From the NCBI GenBank assembly GCA_965248905.1, contig CBDFKS010000004.1, positions 14,759 through 78,758 of the forward strand: DNA of 64,000 bases. Reading direction: 5' to 3'. A program made the translations under genes and the position numbers. The first letter of the stretch is position 1. Each line of letters begins with the position of its first letter. Below the pieces are notes generated by a model. That model saw only the letters and a list, made by a program, of their open reading frames with translations, did no database searches and was not told where the DNA came from. This DNA is from Dehalococcoidia bacterium. GTDB taxonomy: Bacteria; Chloroflexota; Dehalococcoidia; Lucifugimonadales; JAGWBF01. Below, in pieces: positions 52,598-61,228 of this stretch.

Positions 52598-53772
52598 TTC
52601 TTTCGCGCCTTTGCCACAAAGTCTCCAAGCCTGTCTAGGGCCTTCTTTAGGTTCTCTTGGGAGTTAGCGTAGGAGAGACGCAGGCAACCCTTGCCGAAGC
52701 TGCCAAAAGCCTCCCCTGATAGTAGAGCCACACCCGCTTCGTTCAGTGCTCTATCCTGGAACTCCTGACTGGAGATGCCGGTGCCCTCGATGTTGGGGAA
52801 GGCATAGAAAGCGCCCTCGGGCTTGGGGCACTCGATACCGGGAATCGCCTGAAGCCCGCTGGAGATTATCTCCCGCCTCTGTCTAAACTCCGCAACCATA
52901 TCTTTCACCGCGTCCTGGGGCCCTTCCAACGCCTTTATGGCAGCTCGCTGGCTGAAAGAGGCGGCGCAAGAGACGCTGTTTGCCGCCAGCTTTACGATGT
53001 GGGGCAGCAGCTGTTCCGGGAACACGCCGTATCCCAACCGCCACCCGGTCATCGCGTAGCTCTTGGAGAAGCCGTCCAGAATAGCGGTCCGATCAAGCAT
53101 GTCTGGGAAGGAGGCTATGCTGTGGTGCTCACCCTGGTAGATGATATCCTTGTATATCTCATCGGAGAGCACATATATGTCGTCCCTGCCCCTCACCATG
53201 TCGGCTATCGCCGCCAGCTCATCTCGAGACAGCACCGAGCCGGTGGGGTTTTGTGGCGAGTTCAGGATGATGAGCCGGGTCCGGGAATTTATCTTGGAGG
53301 CCAGGTCATCCAGGTCGGGGTGATATCCCTTTCCTGGGATGGGACGGATAGGTACGGCCTTGGCTCCACAGAAGTGGATCATGGACTCGAAGATGGGAAA
53401 TCCGGGGTTGGGATAAATTATCTCCACGCCCCTCTGAGCGATGGCCATGATGGTGAAGAACATGATGGGCTTGGCGCCCGGCGTCACCACTATGCTGTCT
53501 GGCTCCACAGTAATGCCCCTGGTCTCCCCAACGTTTCGTGCGATGGCCTCACGAAGCTCCGGCAGCCCGGAAGTAGGGCCGTAGTGGGTGTACCCCTGCC
53601 GCAAGGCCTCCACTCCTTCCTCCACTATGTGGCTCGGGGTATCGAAGTCGGGCTCCCCGATCTCCAGGTGTATTATCTCCCGTCCCTGGGCCTCCAGCGC
53701 TCGGGCCTTGGCCAGCATCTCGAAGGCCGACTCTGTGCCCAGGTTCGCCATTTTTCTAGCAACAGTCACCAT
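52594..53772 (-). CDS. PLP-dependent aminotransferase, class I/II (aspartate aminotransferase-like)
   Basis: NPQNPTG and LDGFSKSYAMTGWRLGY (PLP Lys) are present. Confidence 0.9.
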   Translation of the reverse strand: MVTVARKMANLGTESAFEMLAKARALEAQGREIIHLEIGEPDFDTPSHIVEEGVEALRQGYTHYGPTSGLPELREAIARNVGETRGITVEPDSIVVTPGAKPIMFFTIMAIAQRGVEIIYPNPGFPIFESMIHFCGAKAVPIRPIPGKGYHPDLDDLASKINSRTRLIILNSPQNPTGSVLSRDELAAIADMVRGRDDIYVLSDEIYKDIIYQGEHHSIASFPDMLDRTAILDGFSKSYAMTGWRLGYGVFPEQLLPHIVKLAANSVSCAASFSQRAAIKALEGPQDAVKDMVAEFRQRREIISSGLQAIPGIECPKPEGAFYAFPNIEGTGISSQEFQDRALNEAGVALLSGEAFGSFGKGCLRLSYANSQENLKKALDRLGDFVAKARKK

Positions 53773-53817
53773 TTACCTCCAGTGTCTTCTACTGTTCGCA
53801 TGCCCGATCGGGTGGCA

Positions 53818-53927
53818 GGGTCTTTTAGTTCTCCCCTACGGTCATTGCGAGCGGAGCGAAGCAATCTCTTTTCGCAGAGGGAGATTGCTTCAGGGCTTTG
53901 CCCTTCGCAATGACAATTAAAAGACCC
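53818..53927. repeat. About 110-nt long imperfect hairpin element (cattgcgag..gaagcaatctc type)
   Basis: The outer arms are gggtcttttagtt / aattaaaagaccc. The inner arms are gtcattgcgagcggagcgaagcaatctc / gagattgcttcagggctttgcccttcgcaatgac. Confidence 0.75.
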
Positions 53928-53998
53928 TTACCGGGCGGCGGTTTAAGTTTATCGGAGAATAGGCTAACATTACACAGACAAGATGTAGGGAGTATATC

Positions 53999-55123
53999 AT
54001 GGCTGAGAAGACCGATGTAGTAGTGGTGGGCGGAGGCATAGTCGGCTGTGCTACCGCCTATTTCCTGGCCCAAAAGGGAATCAAGACCACCCTTATCGAG
54101 AAGGAATCAATAGGATGGGGCGCATCCGGCTTCGCCGCTGGACTATTGAACCCATTGCATGGCCTGGGCATTCCAGGGCCACTGGAAGGGTTAGCACGGG
54201 AAAGCTTTCGCATTCACCTCAGCCTGGCTGGGGAAGTCAGGGCTGAGTCAGGAATCGACCCTCAGCTCCGCGGTTCTCCCTGCATTTACCTGGCCTTCAA
54301 CGACGGTGAACGGGAGGAAAGCCTGGAGCACTTACATCTGGCCGAGAGAGCGAAAGGATTCTCAGCCAGATGGTTGGAGTACCGGGATTTGAACTCCCTC
54401 GAGTCCAGAATATCCTCTCAGGCAATTGGCGGCGTGTGCGTTGAGGGAACCCGGCAGGTTGACGCCTATCAATATACCCAGGCTCTAACGAAGGCTGCCG
54501 AGGGACGCGGTGCTACGGTCCGCGTGGACACTGTGAGAGGGCTTTCTCGCGATAGTGGCCGTGTATCAGGAGTCGTGCTTGGAGATGGAGATATACAGTG
54601 TGACAAAGTGGTATTGGCAATGGGACCCTGGACGGGCGAGGTGGAAGCCTGGCTGGGTGTTCCCGTACCCATTGGGCCATTGAAAGGCCAGATCCTACGT
54701 TTGGAGCTGACTGGACGTCCCCTGAAACACGCCCTGTACCGAAGTGGAGGAGGATACGTCACCTCCAAGTCTGATGGCTTGATATGGGTCGGCACCACCG
54801 AAGAACGCGTTGGATTCGACAACGAGCCCACTGAGGAAGCACGAGCTTCCATCATGAAGGAGGCTCTGGAGATCATGCCTGCCCTGTCCGATTCCAGACT
54901 GGTGCTGCAGACCGCATGTCTCCGCCCTGTGTCGGAGGACGGGCTGCCCATAATAGACCAGGTGCCCGGCTGGGACGGCGTGTATCTGGCCACCGGAGCT
55001 GGACGTAAAGGGATTCTTCTGGGTCCAGGCATGGCCAGAGCCGCTGCCGACATGGTCACCAACGGTTACACCGACCTGCCAGTGGAACCCTTTTCCCTGG
55101 GAAGGTTCGCTCGAGCAGCGTGA
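53999..55123 (+). CDS. FAD-dependent oxidoreductase (DAO family; glycine/D-amino-acid oxidase-like)
   Basis: DVVVVGGGIVGCATAYFLAQKG is the GxGxxG dinucleotide fold, and the length is DAO-like. Confidence 0.88.
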   Translation: MAEKTDVVVVGGGIVGCATAYFLAQKGIKTTLIEKESIGWGASGFAAGLLNPLHGLGIPGPLEGLARESFRIHLSLAGEVRAESGIDPQLRGSPCIYLAFNDGEREESLEHLHLAERAKGFSARWLEYRDLNSLESRISSQAIGGVCVEGTRQVDAYQYTQALTKAAEGRGATVRVDTVRGLSRDSGRVSGVVLGDGDIQCDKVVLAMGPWTGEVEAWLGVPVPIGPLKGQILRLELTGRPLKHALYRSGGGYVTSKSDGLIWVGTTEERVGFDNEPTEEARASIMKEALEIMPALSDSRLVLQTACLRPVSEDGLPIIDQVPGWDGVYLATGAGRKGILLGPGMARAAADMVTNGYTDLPVEPFSLGRFARAA

Positions 55124-55134
55124 ATTGATGTGAT

Positions 55135-55596
55135 ATGACTACCCCCGCGGGCTCTAAACTAAAGCCCCTTCGTCCAAGCTGGCTGAGGAGCCGACTTGCC
55201 AAGTGGGCGCTGATCGTTTACACGTTGGGCCTGGGGGCCTTGGTCGGCAAGAAAGTCCTGATCCTTACCACCAGAGGGGAAGTAAGCGGCAAGAGGTGGC
55301 GAACTCCGCTTTGGTACCTTCGCGACAACGAGGCTATATACTGCATATCGGGTTGGGGGCCATCCAGCCACTGGCTGAAAAACGTGCAAGCGAACCCCGA
55401 TGTGCTCATCCAGATAGGAAATGACAAGAAGACGGGTAGAGGAACTCTAATAAAAGAGCCCTCGGAGCTCGAACGGGTGCTGCAGAGGTTTCAGAACAAG
55501 TACGGCCGCCGTATGGTGAATATCTTCTACCACATGGACCGGCTGGTTCTGGTTGCTTTTACCATGGAGGAAACCGCTGCCCAAAAAGCGATGTAA
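55135..55596 (+). CDS. Deazaflavin (F420)-dependent nitroreductase-family protein (DDN / PNPOx-like)
   Basis: LTTRGEVSGKRWRTPLWYLRDNEAIYCISGWGPSSHWLKNVQANPDVLIQ matches the DDN-domain pattern. Confidence 0.8.
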   Translation: MTTPAGSKLKPLRPSWLRSRLAKWALIVYTLGLGALVGKKVLILTTRGEVSGKRWRTPLWYLRDNEAIYCISGWGPSSHWLKNVQANPDVLIQIGNDKKTGRGTLIKEPSELERVLQRFQNKYGRRMVNIFYHMDRLVLVAFTMEETAAQKAM

Positions 55597-55613
55597 GAAG
55601 TGGCTAAACTAGT

Positions 55614-56855
55614 TCACTCCTTGAACTCCGGTAGTATTTCGTTGGCGAACGTCTCCAGCTGCCACTGGGCCTCGTCCCAGGTCAAGAACCCTTGGGGGAA
55701 TCCCCAGCTGAACCATTCCAACTCCCCTTTGCCGTAGCACGTTGATATGGACTCTATCTTACGCTTCACGTCGTCCACGGTGCCACAGAGAGCGAAGTCA
55801 TGTTCCACCATACGCTGGTATATCTCTTCCGGAGTGTCCATAGTTAAGGGCGCTGGAGACTCCTCGCCTGGGTTACGGAACGCCTCGAAGAAGCCGAAAT
55901 TAGCGAAATAAGCGTGATATCCAACACCGGTAGTCCGTACACCTAGCGCAAAAGCCTCTTCATAGGTCTTGCCTATGGAGATGGATCGAGCTGCCCCGAC
56001 GCTCTGTCCCAGTCCCAGCTGGCGTCCAGCGGCGGATGCCTCTTCTTGATACCCCTCACATAGCTTAACGAAGGTTTCGGGATATGAGATAAGTATCCAG
56101 GGCATGATGCTCTCTCTGGCGCACCACCGGATGGTGGATTCGCTCACGGAAAAGGGCTGCCAAAGGGGAGGATGGGGCTGCTGGTACGGTTTGGGAATAA
56201 CACTGACTCTCCGTATAACACCCTCTTCGTCAAGCTCTCCGGGAGCTCCATATTTGCGGGTCCACTCCCTGGCCGGCCAACGTGTTATCCCCTCTTCGTA
56301 AGGCTGAGGGATTGAATAATATTTACTATTGTATTCAATAGTTTCTTGAGTCCAGGCCATCTTGATAATCTTAAAAACCTCTTCGAACACCTCCCGGTTG
56401 TGCTTGTCTACCTCAGAACCATCCATGGGGGCGCCAGTCACATGGTAATGCTGTCCTAAAATGTTGGTCCAGCGGTCTTGATAGCCCCGGGCGAACCCAA
56501 CCATCAGCCGGCCTTTGGTCAGGTGGTCCAGGATAGCCAGCTCTTCGGCACAGCGGATGGGGTCCCAAGAGGGTAGCACCAGACCCAGAGGCGCGAACTT
56601 GATACGTTTTGTCCTGGCCGCCAGGTCCGTATACAGCAGCAGTGGAGCCACAGACGCTTCGAACCCCTCCGAGTGGAAGTGGTGCTCAGTGGTGGAGAAG
56701 GCGTCGATTCCCATTTCATCGGCCAGGATTGCGATCTTGCGAAGCTCGTCCAGCATCTGCTGGTATCGTTCGTTGTTGCGCCCTATCGGGCGAAGAGCAG
56801 CCCGGTCCTCCAGCGTACCTGGAATCGTAGGCAGCGGGAATATATCGAACTTCAT
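55614..56855 (-). CDS. LLM-class (luciferase-like) flavin/F420-dependent oxidoreductase
   Basis: MKFDIF..., GIDAFSTTEHHF and a TIM-barrel LLM layout are present. GAGGAG lies 7 nt before ATG 56855. Confidence 0.85.
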   Translation of the reverse strand: MKFDIFPLPTIPGTLEDRAALRPIGRNNERYQQMLDELRKIAILADEMGIDAFSTTEHHFHSEGFEASVAPLLLYTDLAARTKRIKFAPLGLVLPSWDPIRCAEELAILDHLTKGRLMVGFARGYQDRWTNILGQHYHVTGAPMDGSEVDKHNREVFEEVFKIIKMAWTQETIEYNSKYYSIPQPYEEGITRWPAREWTRKYGAPGELDEEGVIRRVSVIPKPYQQPHPPLWQPFSVSESTIRWCARESIMPWILISYPETFVKLCEGYQEEASAAGRQLGLGQSVGAARSISIGKTYEEAFALGVRTTGVGYHAYFANFGFFEAFRNPGEESPAPLTMDTPEEIYQRMVEHDFALCGTVDDVKRKIESISTCYGKGELEWFSWGFPQGFLTWDEAQWQLETFANEILPEFKE

Positions 56856-56920
56856 GACGCTTCTCCTCACATAATGTTCGGCCCATTGATTCCAATAGGC
56901 AGATATCTACTAAGTGGACC

Positions 56921-56944
56921 TTGCCTTGATCAAGGCAAATTATA
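56921..56944 (-). promoter_or_regulatory. TATAAT -10 box directly abutting a perfect 18-bp palindrome (candidate operator)
   Basis: The minus strand reads TATAAT (56944-56939) and then TTGCCTTGATCAAGGCAA (56938-56921). This lies 66-89 nt upstream of the LLM start codon. Confidence 0.45.
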
Positions 56945-57030
56945 CATCTAAAAAGTTAGGCCCAACAAGGGAAACTCTAAAAGGACCAAGTGGTGACAAA
57001 CCTACTTAACTCGATGTGCGGGTTCTTCAT

Positions 57031-57124
57031 GTCACCCTGAGGGAAGTGAAGGGTCTGGGGAGGGGTTACATCGCTTAGAGATGGTCTCCCTACCCCAGAT
57101 TCTTCGGCTACGCCTCAGAATGAC
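57031..57124. repeat. About 95-nt long imperfect hairpin element (gtca..ctgagg / cctcagaatgac type)
   Basis: The arm gtcaccctgagggaagtgaagggtctgggg pairs with the reverse complement of ccccagattcttcggctacgcctcagaatgac. Confidence 0.7.
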
Positions 57125-57194
57125 ATTTTTGTCGAAAAACTTGCACATCAGGTTACTTAGGAAAGCCAAAATATTTTTTACATCATGCAAAGCA

Positions 57195-57223
57195 AGAGGG
57201 GAGACCTCAGCGGTCTCCCCTCT
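57195..57223 (-). terminator. Hairpin terminator downstream of amidohydrolase paralog 1
   Basis: agaggggagacc-tcagc-ggtctcccctct is a 12-bp stem. The U tract on the minus strand is modest. Confidence 0.6.
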
Positions 57224-57248
57224 ATTGTGTCGGCCTATCGATGGTGGA

Positions 57249-58973
57249 TTATTTGACCATGTCGTAGCTGCGTAGCAGCTTGCCTGGTAGTGCACCGGTT
57301 CCCTCGTTGCCCTCGAAGGTGACTGTACCGTTCACCAAGGTGTAGCGAAAGCCGGTGGGCTTCTGGATGAAACGCCGCTCGTCACCAGGGAAGTCGTTGA
57401 CGAAGGTGGGTTTGGGGTATAGATAGCCCAGCTCATCCAGGTTGTAGACGATAACGTCGGCCGCCAGCCCGATCTGGAGCCTGCCTCGATCGTTGAAGCT
57501 GGCTATCCATGCCGGCAGGTTGCTTATCTTGTAGTGGGCTTGCTCTAAGCTCATCACTTCGTGGTCGCGGACCCAGTTTGCCAGGAAGCGAACGGGCCAG
57601 TCAGCGGTAGTCTGGTATCGGACGTGGGCACCGCCGTCGGAGATAGAGACGTGTCCATATGGCCCTCGGATGCGTTCTGCCAACTCCTCGGTGAATGGGT
57701 CTTCCGGCGTCTGGGGTACGCTAAACTCGGTCTGGAGCTTTTCGCTCATCGCAAAGTCCAAGAATGCGTCCACAGGGTCTTTGCCAGTCTGTTCGGCGAT
57801 CTGCTTAATCGTCATACCCTCGTACTTCTTGTTCTCCGGGTAGGCGACCTCCCAAACCTTCATCCGGCTCCAGTCTGTTCGATACAGCTCGGGGCTAACG
57901 CTGGTGATAGTCCGCTCGCGCCACGCCTTCTCCACGTCAGCCTTCATGGCCTCTCGAACGCCGGTTGCCTGCAGCTTGGCCAGTCGCTCCTCGGCATCAC
58001 CTATCAAGGGCTGAACCCAGCTGGGGAATATGTCGAAGAGGTTGTACTCGGCCAGCTTGAAGGTGCTATCGCCAGTGGTGACCGCCACCTGCTCGCATAC
58101 CGGATATCCCTTGGCGCGGGCCTCATTCATCCACTGGAAGCTCTCCACGCCTCCGAGGATAAGCTGCATGGGACGTCCACAGGCATCCATCATTTTCTCT
58201 AGCAGAGCGTGCTGCTGGGGTCGGTCGTCGAACATGGGCACGTTGCCTATGTCCCATCCTAGATGTCCGACATTGAAATCTCCCAGCACTTCCATCAGCC
58301 CTAACCACTCTTCGTCAGATGCGATGTGGCTGGGCAGATATCCGCCATCCTCAGGATGGTCCTCTGCACTGCGGTTGCCTGCTATTCCGAAGGCTCCCAC
58401 TTCCATTCCCTCACGGAAAAGCTTCTTCATCTCGTTGATCTCTGCCTCTGTCGCAGTCTTCCGAGTCCTCGCCTCCATCATTCCCATCACATATCCACGC
58501 AACGGGGAGAAGGGGACCAACGCTCCTATGTTCAGTCCCAACCCTTGTCGGTCAAGGCTTTCCATGTACTCCGGGAAGGTCTCCCAGTCCCAGCGCAGAC
58601 CCTGACGCATGGACTCCAGAGGAATGGCCTCTATGCGGTTCATCATTCGCATGTTCAGGTCTCGGTCTTCGGGTCTAGTGGGCGCGAACCCGAACCCGCA
58701 TTGCCCGATGGTCAAAGATGTCACTCCAAACCAACCTGAAGGCGTGCAGTAGGGGTCCCAGTTTAGCTGACCATCATAGTGAGTGTGCAAGTCTATGGCG
58801 CCAGGCGCTACTATGCAACCGCTAGCGTCCAGTTCCTTCGCTCCTGCGCCTCGGATCCGACCGCCTATGTTGGCAATTTTCCCATCTTTGATTGCCAAAT
58901 CGGACTTGTACCTTGGTATACCCGTACCATCTATTACTGTACCGCCTCGAATTACCAGATCGTACTCGGCCAT
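57249..58973 (-). CDS. D-aminoacylase-like metallo-amidohydrolase (N-acyl-D-amino-acid deacylase family), paralog 1
   Basis: MAEYDLVIRGGTVIDGTGIPRYKSDLAIKDGKIANIG...VAPGAIDLHTHYD is present. The start is re-set to ATG 58973 (574 aa, equal to paralog 2). Confidence 0.88.
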   Translation of the reverse strand: MAEYDLVIRGGTVIDGTGIPRYKSDLAIKDGKIANIGGRIRGAGAKELDASGCIVAPGAIDLHTHYDGQLNWDPYCTPSGWFGVTSLTIGQCGFGFAPTRPEDRDLNMRMMNRIEAIPLESMRQGLRWDWETFPEYMESLDRQGLGLNIGALVPFSPLRGYVMGMMEARTRKTATEAEINEMKKLFREGMEVGAFGIAGNRSAEDHPEDGGYLPSHIASDEEWLGLMEVLGDFNVGHLGWDIGNVPMFDDRPQQHALLEKMMDACGRPMQLILGGVESFQWMNEARAKGYPVCEQVAVTTGDSTFKLAEYNLFDIFPSWVQPLIGDAEERLAKLQATGVREAMKADVEKAWRERTITSVSPELYRTDWSRMKVWEVAYPENKKYEGMTIKQIAEQTGKDPVDAFLDFAMSEKLQTEFSVPQTPEDPFTEELAERIRGPYGHVSISDGGAHVRYQTTADWPVRFLANWVRDHEVMSLEQAHYKISNLPAWIASFNDRGRLQIGLAADVIVYNLDELGYLYPKPTFVNDFPGDERRFIQKPTGFRYTLVNGTVTFEGNEGTGALPGKLLRSYDMVK

Positions 58974-59030
58974 GAACAATCCTCCTAAATTTCGCCAGTG
59001 CGGCATTTCGGCCACATCATCGACCGCAAC

Positions 59031-59039
59031 ATTATACCA
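59031..59039 (-). promoter_or_regulatory. Extended -10 promoter TGGTATAAT for paralog 1
   Basis: The reverse complement of attatacca is TGGTATAAT, 58-66 nt upstream of the ATG. The same motif occurs upstream of paralogs 2 and 3. Confidence 0.55.
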
Positions 59040-59150
59040 CCACATGCAATATCTGCCTACACTTGTTTTTAAGGCTTTATTGCTTGTCCTAGGCACAGTT
59101 TACCTCCACGGCCCTCGAGTTATGGGCTCTCGTCAGCCATACGAAAAAGA

Positions 59151-59180
59151 GAAGAGACCCGCCTGTTGGCGGGTCTCTTC
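59151..59180 (-). terminator. Rho-independent terminator of amidohydrolase paralog 2
   Basis: gaagagacccgcc-tgtt-ggcgggtctcttc is a 13-bp GC-rich stem, followed on the minus strand by TCTTTTTCGT. Confidence 0.85.
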
Positions 59181-59204
59181 TTGGTTGGGATGGCCGTAAA
59201 GTTG

Positions 59205-60929
59205 TTAACCAATCATGTCATAGCTACGAAGCAGCTTGCCGGGCAGGGCCTCAGTGCACTCGTTATCTTTGAACGTCAATGTGCCGTTGACCAAAGTATA
59301 ACGTAATCCCTTGGGCTTCTGGATGAACCGAGACTCGTTACCGGGTAGGTCGGTGACTACCACCGGGTCATCATACAGAAAGCCCAATTCGTCGAAGTTG
59401 TACACCATTACATCGGCGGCCAACCCGATCTGCAATTTACCACGATCGTTGAAGCCGGCTAGCCAGGCAGGCAACGTACTCATCTTGTGGTGGGCCTGCT
59501 CAAGGCTCATTATTTCTTTCTCCCTGATGAAGCGGGTCAGCATCATGACGGGCCACTCAGCAGCAGTTTGGTAGCGCATGTGAGCCCCTCCGTCGGAGAG
59601 CGACACATGTCCATAGGGACCTCGTATCCGCTCTATTAGCTGCTGCATCTGGTCTTCAGGTGGGTCCTGCGGGTAGGTAAACCTGGTTTCCAACTGCTCG
59701 TCTATAGCCAGGTCAAAGTACGCGTCCAGCGGGTCCTTGCCCATTGCCTCACCCAGCTGGTTTATGCTCATCCCCTCGTATTTGCCGTTGCGCTCGTACG
59801 CCACCTCTCTTACCCTCAACCTATCCCAGTCCACACGGTACAGCTCCGGGGTCACCGTGTCTCTGCGCCGCTCCTCCCTAGCCTTTTCTACATCTGCTTT
59901 CATGGCAGCACGGTTGGCGGGGTCCTTCAGCTTGAGCATCCGCTCTTCCCGAGTCCCTAGCAGCGGTTGGACCCAGCTGGCGAAGATATCGTAGAGGTTG
60001 TACTCAGCGAGGTTGAAGGTGCTTCGCTGCTTGGTAACCGGTACTTGCTCATAGATCGGGTACCCCTTCGCTCTCATCTGGACCATCCAGTCGTAGCTCT
60101 CAATCCCACCCAGGATCATCTGCATGGGACGACCGCTGATCTCCAACATCTTCTCCAACAATACATGCTGGACCTCCCGGTCGTTGAACATGGGAACGTT
60201 ACCTATGTCCCAGCCCATGTGGCCTACGTTGAACTCTCCCATAACCTCCGCCATGGCCAGCCACTCTTCGTCCGAGGCGACGTGGCTGGGTAAATAGCCC
60301 CCATCTTCGGGATGGTCCTCTGCACTCCGGTTACCCGAAATGCCAAAGGCTCCGACCGTCATGGCCTCGTGAAAGAGCTGCTTCATCTGGTTCAGCTCAC
60401 TCTCCGTCACAGTCGTCCTATTCCTCGCTTCCATCATCCCCATAACATATCCCCTCATTGGCGAGAAGGGGAGCAGAGCGCCTATGTTCAGACCCAACCC
60501 CTGTCGCTCCAGGCTCTCCATGTACTCAGGAAAGGTCTCCCAGTCCCATCGTATACCCTCCCTCATGCACTCCAACGGCATCGCCTCTATCCGGTTCATC
60601 ATGCGCATGTTCAGGTCCCGGTCCTCAGGCTTTGTGGGTGCAAACCCGAATCCACACTGGCCTATCGTCAGCGACGTCACCCCGAACCACCCCGAGGGCG
60701 TGCAATAGGGATCCCAGTTAAGCTGCCCATCATAGTGGGTGTGCAGGTCGACGGCTCCAGGCGCTACTATGCACCCGCCGGCATCCAACTCCTTGGCGCC
60801 GCCTACCCGGATATTTCCGCCGATGTTCGCTATCTTTCCGTTCTTAATAGCCAGGTCGGACTTGTATCTGGGAATTCCTGTTCCATCTACGATCGTACCG
60901 CCACGGATTACCATATCGTACTCAGCCAT
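59205..60929 (-). CDS. D-aminoacylase-like metallo-amidohydrolase, paralog 2
   Basis: MAEYDMVIRGGTIVDGTGIPRYKSDLAIKNGKIANIG...DLHTHYD is present. It is very similar to paralog 1 throughout. Confidence 0.9.
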   Translation of the reverse strand: MAEYDMVIRGGTIVDGTGIPRYKSDLAIKNGKIANIGGNIRVGGAKELDAGGCIVAPGAVDLHTHYDGQLNWDPYCTPSGWFGVTSLTIGQCGFGFAPTKPEDRDLNMRMMNRIEAMPLECMREGIRWDWETFPEYMESLERQGLGLNIGALLPFSPMRGYVMGMMEARNRTTVTESELNQMKQLFHEAMTVGAFGISGNRSAEDHPEDGGYLPSHVASDEEWLAMAEVMGEFNVGHMGWDIGNVPMFNDREVQHVLLEKMLEISGRPMQMILGGIESYDWMVQMRAKGYPIYEQVPVTKQRSTFNLAEYNLYDIFASWVQPLLGTREERMLKLKDPANRAAMKADVEKAREERRRDTVTPELYRVDWDRLRVREVAYERNGKYEGMSINQLGEAMGKDPLDAYFDLAIDEQLETRFTYPQDPPEDQMQQLIERIRGPYGHVSLSDGGAHMRYQTAAEWPVMMLTRFIREKEIMSLEQAHHKMSTLPAWLAGFNDRGKLQIGLAADVMVYNFDELGFLYDDPVVVTDLPGNESRFIQKPKGLRYTLVNGTLTFKDNECTEALPGKLLRSYDMIG

Positions 60930-60989
60930 GACACATCCTCCTGAAAATATACGTCACTGTGTCTACTGTGCCGTTATACCGACTGGAAA

Positions 60990-60998
60990 ATTATACCA
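60990..60998 (-). promoter_or_regulatory. Extended -10 promoter TGGTATAAT for paralog 2
   Basis: The reverse complement of attatacca lies 61-69 nt upstream of ATG 60929. Confidence 0.55.
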
Positions 60999-61057
60999 TT
61001 CGCAGGCAACCGGTGCTGACTGCCGTCGCAGAGCCCTAGTGATTAGTCAACTTAGAT

Positions 61058-61189
61058 TTGATGCATCTTTCACCCCCACTCTAACTCTCCCCCATCAAGG
61101 GGGAGAGAACAAGTCCCTTCCCTCTCGATGGGGGAAGGCTAGGATGGGGGTGAAGGGCACCTATCAAATCTTGCTTCACTGAGTACTAG
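61058..61189. repeat. REP-like nested-hairpin element (copy D), core inverted relative to copy C, same 32-nt tail
   Basis: The core tttcacccccactctaactctcccccatcaagggggagagaacaagtcccttccctctcgatgggggaaggctaggatgggggtgaa is the reverse complement of the copy C core. The tail cacctatcaaatcttgcttcactgagtactag matches the C tail at 28 of 32 positions in the same orientation. Confidence 0.8.
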
Positions 61190-61228
61190 TTCTATTACCG
61201 CAACTCCGTTAGCGCACACCAAATTGGC

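Noticed and set aside
52999-53913. 304-aa plus-strand ORF opposite the aminotransferase gene
   Set aside because: It is antisense to a frame with the canonical PLP-Lys block (SKSYAMTGWRLGY), and it runs on through the hairpin repeat at 53818-53927. It is spurious.
58974-59096. 41-aa N-terminal extension of amidohydrolase paralog 1
   Set aside because: All four paralogs align from MAEYD. The extension would run through the predicted TGGTATAAT promoter.
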